Shown: piece by piece, positions 18,493-26,546 of the stretch
How positions within the stretch are numbered: position 1 is the first letter of the stretch
Layout of the letters: every line of letters starts with the position of its first letter
Virus record (IMG/VR): IMGVR_UViG_3300024983_000146
From: a virus
Direction: 5' to 3' (one strand)
Length of the DNA: 64,000 nucleotides
Program-made: the position numbers and the translations under genes
Notes under the pieces: generated by a model
What the model saw: only the letters and a program-made list of their open reading frames with translations
Told to the model about the DNA's origin: nothing
Databases searched by the model: none

Positions 18493-19587
18493 ATGGCATT
18501 AGGACAAACAAATATAAGTATAGCAACAGTTTGGGAGGAGCTAGGGGTTTACTCTACTCATTCGCTAGGTGTGCTCATTGCTAAGGCAAAGGTAGGTGGA
18601 GTTGGTTGGACATATATAGATGAATATGGCCACACTATCACCATTCCACAAATGGCTTTCTTCATTTATGAAACAAGGGGTGCTAATGGGAATCGGTACG
18701 ATGGAGTGCTGATTCCCGGAGCTGAACCGCATTGGAATATGTGGAGCAGATATATACCTGCGGAGTGGGTAATAATAAGTGGAGCATTAATACTGCGGCT
18801 AAAGAGGAATGCTTTAAATCTTAACGGTGGCTATGATTACAGATTGCACGATTTCAGGCTTTATAATCACCTAGCTAGTCGGCCAACCTTATTCTCAGAA
18901 AACTCTTACATTAACCTAAATGGCAATATGACCGTGAGCTGGAGTATGTTTATGTATGAGATGGCTCTGCCTTCGCAAATAACACATATACTAGCTAAGG
19001 TCGTGCTTGGGGGATCTATAACTCAAACGAGACTGATACCACTGTCAGAAATAACCCATTACACCGGTATGCCTCCAGAAATTCCAGTTCAGTATTCTGT
19101 GAATTTTTCAAATGTTGTAAGTTCATCAGGCTCTATCCAGTTATTCGGCTCTAACCAGTATGGGCAGGAATTATGCACATTAACTAACATATATGAGACC
19201 AAGGGCTTCTCAATACAAACTATTCCTACTGTTGCGAGCTTGCAAAGAATAGTTACAGCTCCTCGTGATCAGAATGTGGCTCTCAATGCTTCAATAACTA
19301 TTCCTGCCGGCAGTTCTGCAACTATTGACGTAGCAGTCGGAGTTAGCTCAATCGGAGGCTATACAATAACAATAGAGGGTGTTTCTCCGAATTATCCCGA
19401 CTGCTCATTTGACATCTACCTAGTCCATTCCGGGCAGGCAGACAAAAAAATAACGGGTACTCCTCACCTTATGATGCTCAGCTCATCCGGGCGAACATCT
19501 ACTTATTATGTGTCCTCAGTCGCTCTCAATGCGCCTACAGCTGCAGGAGACACCCTGTCCTTTGACATAAGAAATTTATCATATTAA
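18493..19587 (+). CDS. Tail fibre-associated/structural protein
   Basis: ~364-aa beta-rich ORF after the fibre, containing a YRLHDFRLYNH motif of the kind seen in Bacteroidota phage fibre partners. Confidence 0.6.
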   Translation: MALGQTNISIATVWEELGVYSTHSLGVLIAKAKVGGVGWTYIDEYGHTITIPQMAFFIYETRGANGNRYDGVLIPGAEPHWNMWSRYIPAEWVIISGALILRLKRNALNLNGGYDYRLHDFRLYNHLASRPTLFSENSYINLNGNMTVSWSMFMYEMALPSQITHILAKVVLGGSITQTRLIPLSEITHYTGMPPEIPVQYSVNFSNVVSSSGSIQLFGSNQYGQELCTLTNIYETKGFSIQTIPTVASLQRIVTAPRDQNVALNASITIPAGSSATIDVAVGVSSIGGYTITIEGVSPNYPDCSFDIYLVHSGQADKKITGTPHLMMLSSSGRTSTYYVSSVALNAPTAAGDTLSFDIRNLSY

Positions 19588-19614
19588 TTTGTTAACATTA
19601 AATCAATTACAGTT

Positions 19615-19890
19615 ATGACAACAATTATTTCAACACGCAACCTCTTACAAGTAGAGGGCACATTTTCAAACATTAAAATTAAAGCTGAGATACACACTGA
19701 GGGTTCGGACATTAAACGAATCGCATCTGGTCAGTTTTACAAAGGCGAGCTTCAGGTAGGCTCATTTCAAGCTGAGGAGTCAGGTTATGTTGTAATCAAC
19801 ATACACCAAAATGGTCTTGCGAACACAGCTGAAGTGTGTACTGCATTGCCTCTCTTTATCGCTGATGTTCAATCTAAACTTAGTGAATAG
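19615..19890 (+). CDS. Small phage protein (possible fibre chaperone)
   Basis: 91 aa, position after fibre genes. Confidence 0.55.
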   Translation: MTTIISTRNLLQVEGTFSNIKIKAEIHTEGSDIKRIASGQFYKGELQVGSFQAEESGYVVINIHQNGLANTAEVCTALPLFIADVQSKLSE

Positions 19891-19891
19891 T

Positions 19892-20374
19892 ATGGAAAAG
19901 AAAAATTTGTTAAATCTTAATCAGGCTGTAGCATTATTCAACTATACCGAAGCGGAGGTTGATACTGTGATTAAGATGATGAAAAACAAGACGGAGCTTA
20001 ATAACGGTGCTGAAAACGTTCAAAAGCAGCTTCAGGAAGTGTCAAAAACTCTTAAACCGGGCGAGCTGGAGAACCTTGAAGAGCAGTTAAAGGTTGCTCT
20101 TGAAAAAGACGACAAGGATAAGGTCAAGAATCTACAGCTTAGAATCGGTTTGCTCTCTGCAGAGTGGAACAAGAAGTATGCTGAAGCAGAGGAGAAGATA
20201 CTGCGCGAGTCAATCAACGTTAAGCTGGATAAAATCACACGTGAAGAGTTGGTGGTTCTTATTAAGCCGAAAAAAGAAGTTGTAACAATGAAAGAATCGG
20301 AAAGACAAGTTGTAGTCACTAACCACTTCTCTTCTGATATGCTTGCCTTTATATCACATATTTTAAAAAATTAA
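19892..20374 (+). CDS. Coiled-coil phage protein
   Basis: ATG at 19892 follows the previous stop; Lys/Glu-rich. Confidence 0.6.
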   Translation: MEKKNLLNLNQAVALFNYTEAEVDTVIKMMKNKTELNNGAENVQKQLQEVSKTLKPGELENLEEQLKVALEKDDKDKVKNLQLRIGLLSAEWNKKYAEAEEKILRESINVKLDKITREELVVLIKPKKEVVTMKESERQVVVTNHFSSDMLAFISHILKN

Positions 20375-20412
20375 TACCCTAACCCACGCCAAGGCGGTAA
20401 AAATCTAAAGTA

Positions 20413-20829
20413 ATGGAGACTATCCTTGCAATCATCTCAAGCCTCTTCGCAGGCACAACTATCTTTCAATTCATCTTCTTCCGGTCTCAGCGCAAGAAAG
20501 CATCTGCTGAAGCCTCACAGGAGGGGGCGAAGGCTGATGGTCTTAATCTTGAGAATCTGCGTAATTACATTGACTTGCAGAGCAAACAACTATTAGAGAC
20601 AGAAAAGCGAAATGGAGAATTAAGCAAAGAGAACGACACCCTGCGACAGAAACTCAGAGAGTACGATTATAAGCTTGAGCAGTTTGAGCGCAAGATCAAA
20701 GGAATGGAGCGAATTATCAGCACAGAAATAGCGAGGAGGAGCTATGCGGAGCATCATATATGCCTGAATCTTGATTGCAAGGATAGAAAACCGGGGCTTG
20801 GGGAGTTTAAAATGGAGGATGCGAAATGA
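20413..20829 (+). CDS. Holin-like protein (N-terminal TM plus coiled coil)
   Basis: Hydrophobic N-terminus; directly upstream of the endolysin. Confidence 0.55.
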   Translation: METILAIISSLFAGTTIFQFIFFRSQRKKASAEASQEGAKADGLNLENLRNYIDLQSKQLLETEKRNGELSKENDTLRQKLREYDYKLEQFERKIKGMERIISTEIARRSYAEHHICLNLDCKDRKPGLGEFKMEDAK

Positions 20830-21350
20830 CACTGAATTATTCACAGCTCAAATTAATATATCCTTTTGCAAGTACTCAGAAAATCACTCTTTACTTGCCT
20901 TTTTTGAACAAATTCGCCCTGACTTATGAAGTGACGACAGCACTCAGAATTTCTGCGTTTTTAGCCCAAATAGGACATGAATCCGGGCAACTTCAGTATT
21001 GCGAGGAAATTGCAGATGGATCTGCTTATGAAGGCCGCCAGGATCTTGGAAATTTATTCAAAGGTGATGGCAGAAGGTTTAAGGGTAGAGGCCTTATACA
21101 GATTACAGGTCGTGCAAATTATACCGATATATCAGATGATCTTAAAATTGACTTTGTAAGACATCCAGAAAAGTTATGCGAACCGGAATTCGCTGTTAAA
21201 AGTGCATTCTGGTTTTGGAATAGAAGGAAGTTAAACTTAATAGCGGATCAGAAAGACTTCAAAAGGATAACCAAGTTGGTAAACGGAGGATATAACGGTT
21301 ATAATGAACGATTTGAATTATACGAAAAGGCCCTAAATGTTTTAAAATAA
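20826..21350 (+). CDS. Endolysin, glycoside hydrolase family 19
   Basis: FLAQIGHESG, FKGRGLIQITGRANY and ITKLVNGGYNG motifs. Confidence 0.92.
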   Translation: MTLNYSQLKLIYPFASTQKITLYLPFLNKFALTYEVTTALRISAFLAQIGHESGQLQYCEEIADGSAYEGRQDLGNLFKGDGRRFKGRGLIQITGRANYTDISDDLKIDFVRHPEKLCEPEFAVKSAFWFWNRRKLNLIADQKDFKRITKLVNGGYNGYNERFELYEKALNVLK

Positions 21351-21356
21351 ACAGCT

Positions 21357-21836
21357 ATGAAAAAACTAATCATTGTAATGCTAATCCTTTTAACAGGATG
21401 TGGCTCAGCAAAAAAACTTGTTAAAACCGATTCCAGGACAGAAATTGCAACTACAATAAAGAAGGTTGATACAACAAGAACCGAGGCAGCCTGGCATAGC
21501 GTTGTTGACCATATTATTTCTCAGATAGATCTCTCAACTATTAAAATAGTGACTTACTACCCTGTTGACAGTACCGGGAAGCAGGCTGTTAAAGAGGATG
21601 TAACTATTCAGAAAAACGTTGTAACTAACTCAGCTCAGATCTCAACTGATAAAGCTGTTATTAGAGAACAAAAATCAATAAAAGAGGATACTTCGCAGAC
21701 AATTCAAAATAGAGAAATTGAAACTATTCAAGAGAAAAAAACAGGATTGCCTGTAAAATACTACTTGATAAGATTCATCCTACTTGCAGGAATTGTATAT
21801 CTTGCATATAGGTTTATCCGGCGTCAATTCTTTTAA
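21357..21836 (+). CDS. Lipoprotein, unimolecular-spanin-like
   Basis: Lipobox LLTGC plus C-terminal TM helix, after the endolysin. Confidence 0.65.
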   Translation: MKKLIIVMLILLTGCGSAKKLVKTDSRTEIATTIKKVDTTRTEAAWHSVVDHIISQIDLSTIKIVTYYPVDSTGKQAVKEDVTIQKNVVTNSAQISTDKAVIREQKSIKEDTSQTIQNREIETIQEKKTGLPVKYYLIRFILLAGIVYLAYRFIRRQFF

Positions 21837-21863
21837 CGTAAGAAGTGCGATTTAAGGCTTTTG

Positions 21864-21892
21864 AGCAGGTTTAGTAATAAGCCTGCTTTTTT
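21864..21892 (+). terminator. Intrinsic terminator after the lysis cassette
   Basis: AGCAGGTTTA-gtaa-TAAGCCTGCT stem (one G-U) followed by a T run. Confidence 0.75.
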
Positions 21893-21904
21893 AGTTTTTA
21901 AATA

Positions 21905-21960
21905 TTTGCATTTTTCTTTGCAAATAATTTGCAAATTAAATTCTTTGCATTATCTTTGCA
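21905..21960 (+). promoter_or_regulatory. Promoter with five TTTGCA repeats; Bacteroidota -7 element TATCTTTG
   Basis: TTTGCA at 21905, 21917, 21928, 21944 and 21955; the last is part of TAnnTTTG. Confidence 0.65.
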
Positions 21961-21980
21961 ACAACAAAAACAACGAAGAG

Positions 21981-22232
21981 ATGAAAACATTAAAAGAGCA
22001 ATTATCAGAAGTAAACAATTTTACTGTGTATGAAAGAGAGTCTAATCAATTATGTGAAATTATTGAGAGGAAAATGGCTACAAATGGCTGTGGTGCTGAA
22101 TTCATTCTAGTTAATTTTATGTCTACAAACAATCACCCTGCTGATCTGAGAGGTTTATATGTTGCAGTTAGAGAAGAGGCTGAGATTGTAGAAATAGATA
22201 AGTACTATGTAAAGCATATTTTTAACAAATAG
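21981..22232 (+). CDS. Accessory hypothetical protein
   Basis: ATG 21981 after an A-rich leader, downstream of the promoter. Confidence 0.6.
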   Translation: MKTLKEQLSEVNNFTVYERESNQLCEIIERKMATNGCGAEFILVNFMSTNNHPADLRGLYVAVREEAEIVEIDKYYVKHIFNK

Positions 22233-22291
22233 TAAAATACGCTTGATATAATCAAATGCTTTTAAATTTAAACAACTAAAAAATAAAAATT

Positions 22292-22537
22292 ATGAGAACA
22301 ATTACAAGTAACGCAGGACAGGTGTTGAATGAAAATTACCGCAGACACATATCAAATTGGGACGAACAAAACCCTGATAACGAACCTTACTCTATTGCAG
22401 AGTGGTGCGATTTGGAATCGCAATCCGATCCTAATTTTTTCAGGTGGCTCTTTAACGATGATGATATATCTGATTTTGGAAGTAATCTAACTGACGAAGA
22501 AAAAAAGATAGCAGTAAATTATTATAATTCGTTATAA
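22292..22537 (+). CDS. Accessory acidic hypothetical protein
   Basis: 81 aa, AT-rich leader. Confidence 0.65.
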   Translation: MRTITSNAGQVLNENYRRHISNWDEQNPDNEPYSIAEWCDLESQSDPNFFRWLFNDDDISDFGSNLTDEEKKIAVNYYNSL

Positions 22538-22569
22538 CTATTGTAATTACCAATAATTAATAAAGCATT

Positions 22570-23028
22570 ATGAAAACTAAGAATATCAGAATTACAGAGA
22601 GTCAAGAACAGTTCTTGCTTTCTAACTACAAAAACATCTCGCAAGGTATATCAGCCTGTATTGATAAGGCTAGATTTCCGGAATCAAACACTGAGGATGT
22701 TTTGAAGATAATTCGTGCATACACAAAGAGAGAACTGAAAGGCAAGTTTTCTCAACAAGAGTGGACTTTTTTTGCAGACAGCCTCAACGGGACCTTGACA
22801 GACGGAATGTTCAGATGTAACGCTGAGGCCCTTGCGTATCATTGTCAAGATGCAGAGGATTTGGACGGCACAGCGACAAAATGGGATGTTAATATAGATA
22901 AGTTGATTGAAAAGGTTCGCACGCTTACCGCCGCTCAGGTTGAGACTCTGTACTGGTTTGTTGAAGAATTTTGGAATACAGAGCAAGAAGTCAGAAACCT
23001 AGAAAAATGGGCGACTGAGTTGGTATGA
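22570..23028 (+). CDS. Ribbon-helix-helix-like N-terminus plus unknown domain
   Basis: KTKNIRITESQEQFL...ISQGISACID strand-helix-helix pattern. Confidence 0.55.
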   Translation: MKTKNIRITESQEQFLLSNYKNISQGISACIDKARFPESNTEDVLKIIRAYTKRELKGKFSQQEWTFFADSLNGTLTDGMFRCNAEALAYHCQDAEDLDGTATKWDVNIDKLIEKVRTLTAAQVETLYWFVEEFWNTEQEVRNLEKWATELV

Positions 23029-23648
23029 TAACCCCTACTATGACGGAAAAGGAGTTGATTGTTGAGGTAACGGCTGATTATCTCAACGCTTTCCGTTACT
23101 CTGATCATATAGACAAAAAATTCAGACGAATAGTCATCAAATCAACGAAATTTCCGGTAAGGGCTTGTTATGAGTATATTTCGCCTCGCAAAAATAGATG
23201 GTTAATTTTCTGTGAATCAAGGTCAAAAAAAGAGGTATTGGATAATAGCCGGGTATCTCTAGTAACGACCTATAATACAGATTTTGGCGTTCACGCAATT
23301 ATGGGAACGTTCACAAACGGTAAGATGCATTATATTATATATCCACCTCATTTTTTCTCAAGATACAGGTCAAGAACCGGCTCTGAATTGTCGGGGCTCC
23401 CACTGATGAAAAAATTTTTCAAGGAGAATTATAGTTATGTGTATGAAGTCAAGGACGTGCAACTTGAAAAAGAAAAGTATATAAGAGAAGTGTACGGAAG
23501 TACTAAGGAGGGTGTGGCTCTAGGTCTGTTCTCAGTTGAGGGAAACATTCTATTCAAGACATTCGTTACTTATGAGATGCTGAAAGGGGAGCAGATTGAA
23601 AAATTCACTCAAAATGAAAAGCTAAGGAGGGAGATTCACGAAAGTTGA
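23025..23648 (+). CDS. Accessory hypothetical protein with HFFSRYRSR motif
   Basis: 207 aa, ATGA overlap with the upstream gene. Confidence 0.7.
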   Translation: MITPTMTEKELIVEVTADYLNAFRYSDHIDKKFRRIVIKSTKFPVRACYEYISPRKNRWLIFCESRSKKEVLDNSRVSLVTTYNTDFGVHAIMGTFTNGKMHYIIYPPHFFSRYRSRTGSELSGLPLMKKFFKENYSYVYEVKDVQLEKEKYIREVYGSTKEGVALGLFSVEGNILFKTFVTYEMLKGEQIEKFTQNEKLRREIHES

Positions 23649-23677
23649 AAAGTAATCTCAATTATGCTATATTTGTC

Positions 23678-23741
23678 TGTGCAATAACAATTCGTTCAGC
23701 ACAATGTTTTTGGTTGAGGGCTGCGTCAAGTGGCCCTTTTT
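23678..23741 (+). ncRNA. Candidate ~64-nt small RNA (two hairpins, own promoter and terminator)
   Basis: TATATTTG at 23668-23675; TGTGC/GCACA stem; AGGGCTGC-gtcaa-GTGGCCCT stem plus T run. Confidence 0.45.
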
Positions 23742-23860
23742 CTTACAAAAAAGTTTGAATTCTATTCTATTTTTATCCTAAATGTTTGCCAATAGTTTTA
23801 CGTTAAAATTAATTATAGCCATAAAGCGCACGTAATAAGATAGATAAAAAATATCATATT

Positions 23861-23907
23861 CAGCCTTCTAAGCTGTGGGTCTTGGGTTCGAATCCCAACC
23901 GAATCAC
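23861..23907 (+). other. att core: 3' half of tRNA-Arg(UCU)
   Basis: Anticodon arm CAGC-CTTCTAA-GCTG, T arm TTGGG-TTCGAAT-CCCAA, acceptor 3' strand CCGAATC-A; no D arm or 5' acceptor strand upstream. Confidence 0.85.
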
Positions 23908-23920
23908 AAACATTAAGCGC

Positions 23921-23956
23921 AAAAGCCTTGTAATACATGGTATTACGAGGCTTTTT
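23921..23956. terminator. Bidirectional terminator-like hairpin
   Basis: 16-bp stem AAAAGCCTTGTAATAC-atg-GTATTACGAGGCTTTT with one G-U. Confidence 0.8.
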
Positions 23957-24017
23957 CTATTTAACGGGGAACGATAGGGGGAATGATTGACGGGTTATTG
24001 AAAATATTTATCCAAAA

Positions 24018-24746
24018 TTATTCCTTAACCAGGTTGCTCAATGTGCCCATTAATTCAGATAAAGCCTTTACAGATAATTTCATGTTTTTGGCAATTTCGT
24101 CAGCGCTTGTGCTATGACCACCTCCAAGTCCTAGCCCCGTTTTTCCATTAATTTCAAGAATTGTTGACCTAAAATCTGGTGTTGTGGGAGAAAAGCGGTG
24201 TGCGAATTTGTTCCTATATCTGCTTGCAACAAAAATTTTCTGTTGAAAATCTTTTAAAACTTCTACAACTTTGCCATCATCAATTAAACTAAAAAGCCTT
24301 CGGCCGAAGCTAACATGATCCTCCGGAATATTTAAATCAAAATAGGTATTTAAAAGCTGGGCCAGCTGATCTTGAGAAGAAATAAGAAAATAATAAAAAG
24401 TTTCAGCGTAATAATCGAATTTCCATCTATTTGCAAATTGACTTTCGCTCTGAGTTCGCTCGGAAGGGTCTGAAACTCCCCGATTGTAATTTGTAATAGC
24501 AATAACGAAAGATTCATGAACGAGACGATGCCTATTAGAAAGAAATTGACTCCAAAAATATAGGTTGCGAATTTTGTTGGCCTCTTGTAATGTGATGCTT
24601 TTAGATAATATTCCGGGAAGTACTTCACATTGAGTAAACTTTAAGCTCGGTATTTCTGGGTAATCTTTATAAATAGCTGCTCTCTCCTCCCTACTTGGGT
24701 AGGTATAAGCATCAGAATTAATTACTATAGTAGTACTTTTTGCCAT
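24018..24746 (-). CDS. HEPN-domain protein (Cthe_2314-like)
   Basis: RNKFAH (RxxxxH) motif and YYAETFYYFLISSQDQLAQLLN helix. Confidence 0.75.
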   Translation of the reverse strand: MAKSTTIVINSDAYTYPSREERAAIYKDYPEIPSLKFTQCEVLPGILSKSITLQEANKIRNLYFWSQFLSNRHRLVHESFVIAITNYNRGVSDPSERTQSESQFANRWKFDYYAETFYYFLISSQDQLAQLLNTYFDLNIPEDHVSFGRRLFSLIDDGKVVEVLKDFQQKIFVASRYRNKFAHRFSPTTPDFRSTILEINGKTGLGLGGGHSTSADEIAKNMKLSVKALSELMGTLSNLVKE

Positions 24747-24748
24747 AA

Positions 24749-25009
24749 CTAAGCCTTATTAGTGAACATTCCGCCCCTTCCGGTAAGCAGCCACTCTGCC
24801 GAAATTCCATAGTCATCAACCAAGTAAGTAAGCCACGCCACCTGAAATATATCTCGGCTGTGATCTTTCTCAAGCGTATTAAGGTTCCAACGATTGATTT
24901 TATACTTTTCAGTAAAGGTTTGCTTTCCCCGAATTACTTTGCCCACCTTCAGCATCTGCAGGGCTTCGAAGAATCTCCCAACTATTATTTGGCTTTCCGG
25001 ATTTTGCAT
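24749..25009 (-). CDS. Small HTH DNA-binding protein
   Basis: C-terminal YGISAEWLLTGRG, as in XRE-type HTH domains. Confidence 0.75.
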   Translation of the reverse strand: MQNPESQIIVGRFFEALQMLKVGKVIRGKQTFTEKYKINRWNLNTLEKDHSRDIFQVAWLTYLVDDYGISAEWLLTGRGGMFTNKA

Positions 25010-25012
25010 GAT

Positions 25013-26086
25013 TTATTGTTTTGGCTGGTTTTTCTGCATAAGAAATTCATATTCTTCGGCAGTAATCTTTTTGTCGTTTAGCAGCTTTTTATATCTGGAG
25101 CTGTTCCTCTTCAGCCTTGCTGCCTCAAGTTCCTCCTCAGACTTTTTTGTAGAGCCTGCTTTTCTCTCTGCAGCTGCGCGAAGTTTATATTTCTCATAGG
25201 CAATCTTAAATACGAGCTCCACATCTTCCATCAGGCCCTTGCACTGATAAAAATCGGTAATTTCAACATTTTGGATCTCCCTTGGAAAAGAGTAGTTGCA
25301 AAATCTGCTCTCAGCTACTGTCCTTGTTTTTGAAATATCGTAATTACAAATAGGGAAAGATCCAGAGCCATATTTCTCGGTTAGCACTTCTGAAATAATT
25401 TGCTCAAAGTTATCCCGGTTGTCCTTCATCGCTTTTCGTGAAAGGTAAAAGGATTTCCACATAATATCAGCCAGGTTCTGCGGCGTCAAGTCAAACTTTA
25501 AATTGTATGCAAGCAGGAATTGAGCGTTTGAGAAGCCCGATATTTCCGTTCTTTTGTTCAGGTCGAGAAGTAAGTCCAGCCTATCCTTTAATATGCATGA
25601 ATGAATTAGAGCGCTTTCTGAATAGCCTAAAAAAGACTTATTCTTATGGACATTCCTTAATCTAATTATCTGCTCAAAAGCTTTATCAAAATTGCCTATT
25701 AAAAGCTGTCTCTCGAGCCCATAGTAGTATAGAAATACATATCCAATATTTATTGGAGCGTCCACGTTTCTGAGCCAGTTAAGATATAAAAACCTTTGCC
25801 CCGGGGTTAAATCAATATAGCTTGGCCAATATGGAGGAGAAGGAATGTTAAAATCTTCGGAAATTGGAAGGTGAATATATATGGTACTGGGGTCGTTAAA
25901 GTTCTTGTCCTCCTCGGTACTCTCCAAGCGGCCGTTCCTAATGGTAAAAGATACGAATAAGCCTCTGGGCGATCTTGGAATATTCTCGTCATAAGAAATA
26001 TATAGCAGGTCTCTATTCTCAATTTCCTTAATTGTAGAAACCTCTCCACTCGGCTTCGCGCCAAAAATATTGTTTAAATGGCCCAT
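25013..26086 (-). CDS. TerB N-terminal domain-containing protein
   Basis: YWPSYIDLTPGQRFLYLNWL...IGYVFLYYYGLERQLL signature. Confidence 0.75.
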   Translation of the reverse strand: MGHLNNIFGAKPSGEVSTIKEIENRDLLYISYDENIPRSPRGLFVSFTIRNGRLESTEEDKNFNDPSTIYIHLPISEDFNIPSPPYWPSYIDLTPGQRFLYLNWLRNVDAPINIGYVFLYYYGLERQLLIGNFDKAFEQIIRLRNVHKNKSFLGYSESALIHSCILKDRLDLLLDLNKRTEISGFSNAQFLLAYNLKFDLTPQNLADIMWKSFYLSRKAMKDNRDNFEQIISEVLTEKYGSGSFPICNYDISKTRTVAESRFCNYSFPREIQNVEITDFYQCKGLMEDVELVFKIAYEKYKLRAAAERKAGSTKKSEEELEAARLKRNSSRYKKLLNDKKITAEEYEFLMQKNQPKQ

Positions 26087-26089
26087 TAC

Positions 26090-26545
26090 TTATTTCGCAG
26101 TTTTAAGCTTTGATATAATCTCGTTTAACTTACCAAGTCTCCCGAGGTACTCCTTATCAAGCGGGAAAACCTCTAGCGCTCTCCGGATGACTCTTAACTC
26201 CTTGTCGTATTCCTTGGCCTTCCTGTAAATGACCATAAGCCTCTTGAATGAGTGGTGGGCCGGATACCCGGCTGCGATATTCTTCTCATATTCGATAACG
26301 GCAAGGTCCGACTTCCCGTCTTTCTCGAGGGCAATACCTTTGTTGTTAAGGGCGCAGCAGTCGTATAGTGCCATCTCTTTTTCAAGTTGCTCTATTCTCA
26401 GGCGCTCCATTTCCTTCAGCTTCTCCTCCGGGATATCAATATACTCCCTTCCTTTTAGTGAGGCGAGTTCCATTTCAGAAAAAAGGTCTGCGTCAATTAT
26501 TGCTCCCTTTATATACTTCTCCAGGTATTCAATTTTAACTTTCAT
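26090..26545 (-). CDS. TPR-like protein
   Basis: NNKGIALEKDGKSDLAVIEYEK...RLMVIYRK helical repeats. Confidence 0.65.
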   Translation of the reverse strand: MKVKIEYLEKYIKGAIIDADLFSEMELASLKGREYIDIPEEKLKEMERLRIEQLEKEMALYDCCALNNKGIALEKDGKSDLAVIEYEKNIAAGYPAHHSFKRLMVIYRKAKEYDKELRVIRRALEVFPLDKEYLGRLGKLNEIISKLKTAK

Positions 26546-26546
26546 A

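Larger units (their letters stand above)
1..23907 (+). mobile_element. Prophage 1, late/right half (extends beyond left edge)
   Basis: Co-directional terminase, portal, tape measure, fibre and lysis genes, ending at a tRNA 3' fragment. Confidence 0.85.

Noticed and set aside
21905-21960. CRISPR or mini-array
   Set aside because: Units are 6 bp with 5-10 bp gaps and overlap a promoter; no repeat-spacer structure or cas genes were seen in the window
23821-23907. Intact tRNA-Arg gene
   Set aside because: No D arm or 5' acceptor strand (GATTCGG expected) upstream of 23861; only the 3' half is present
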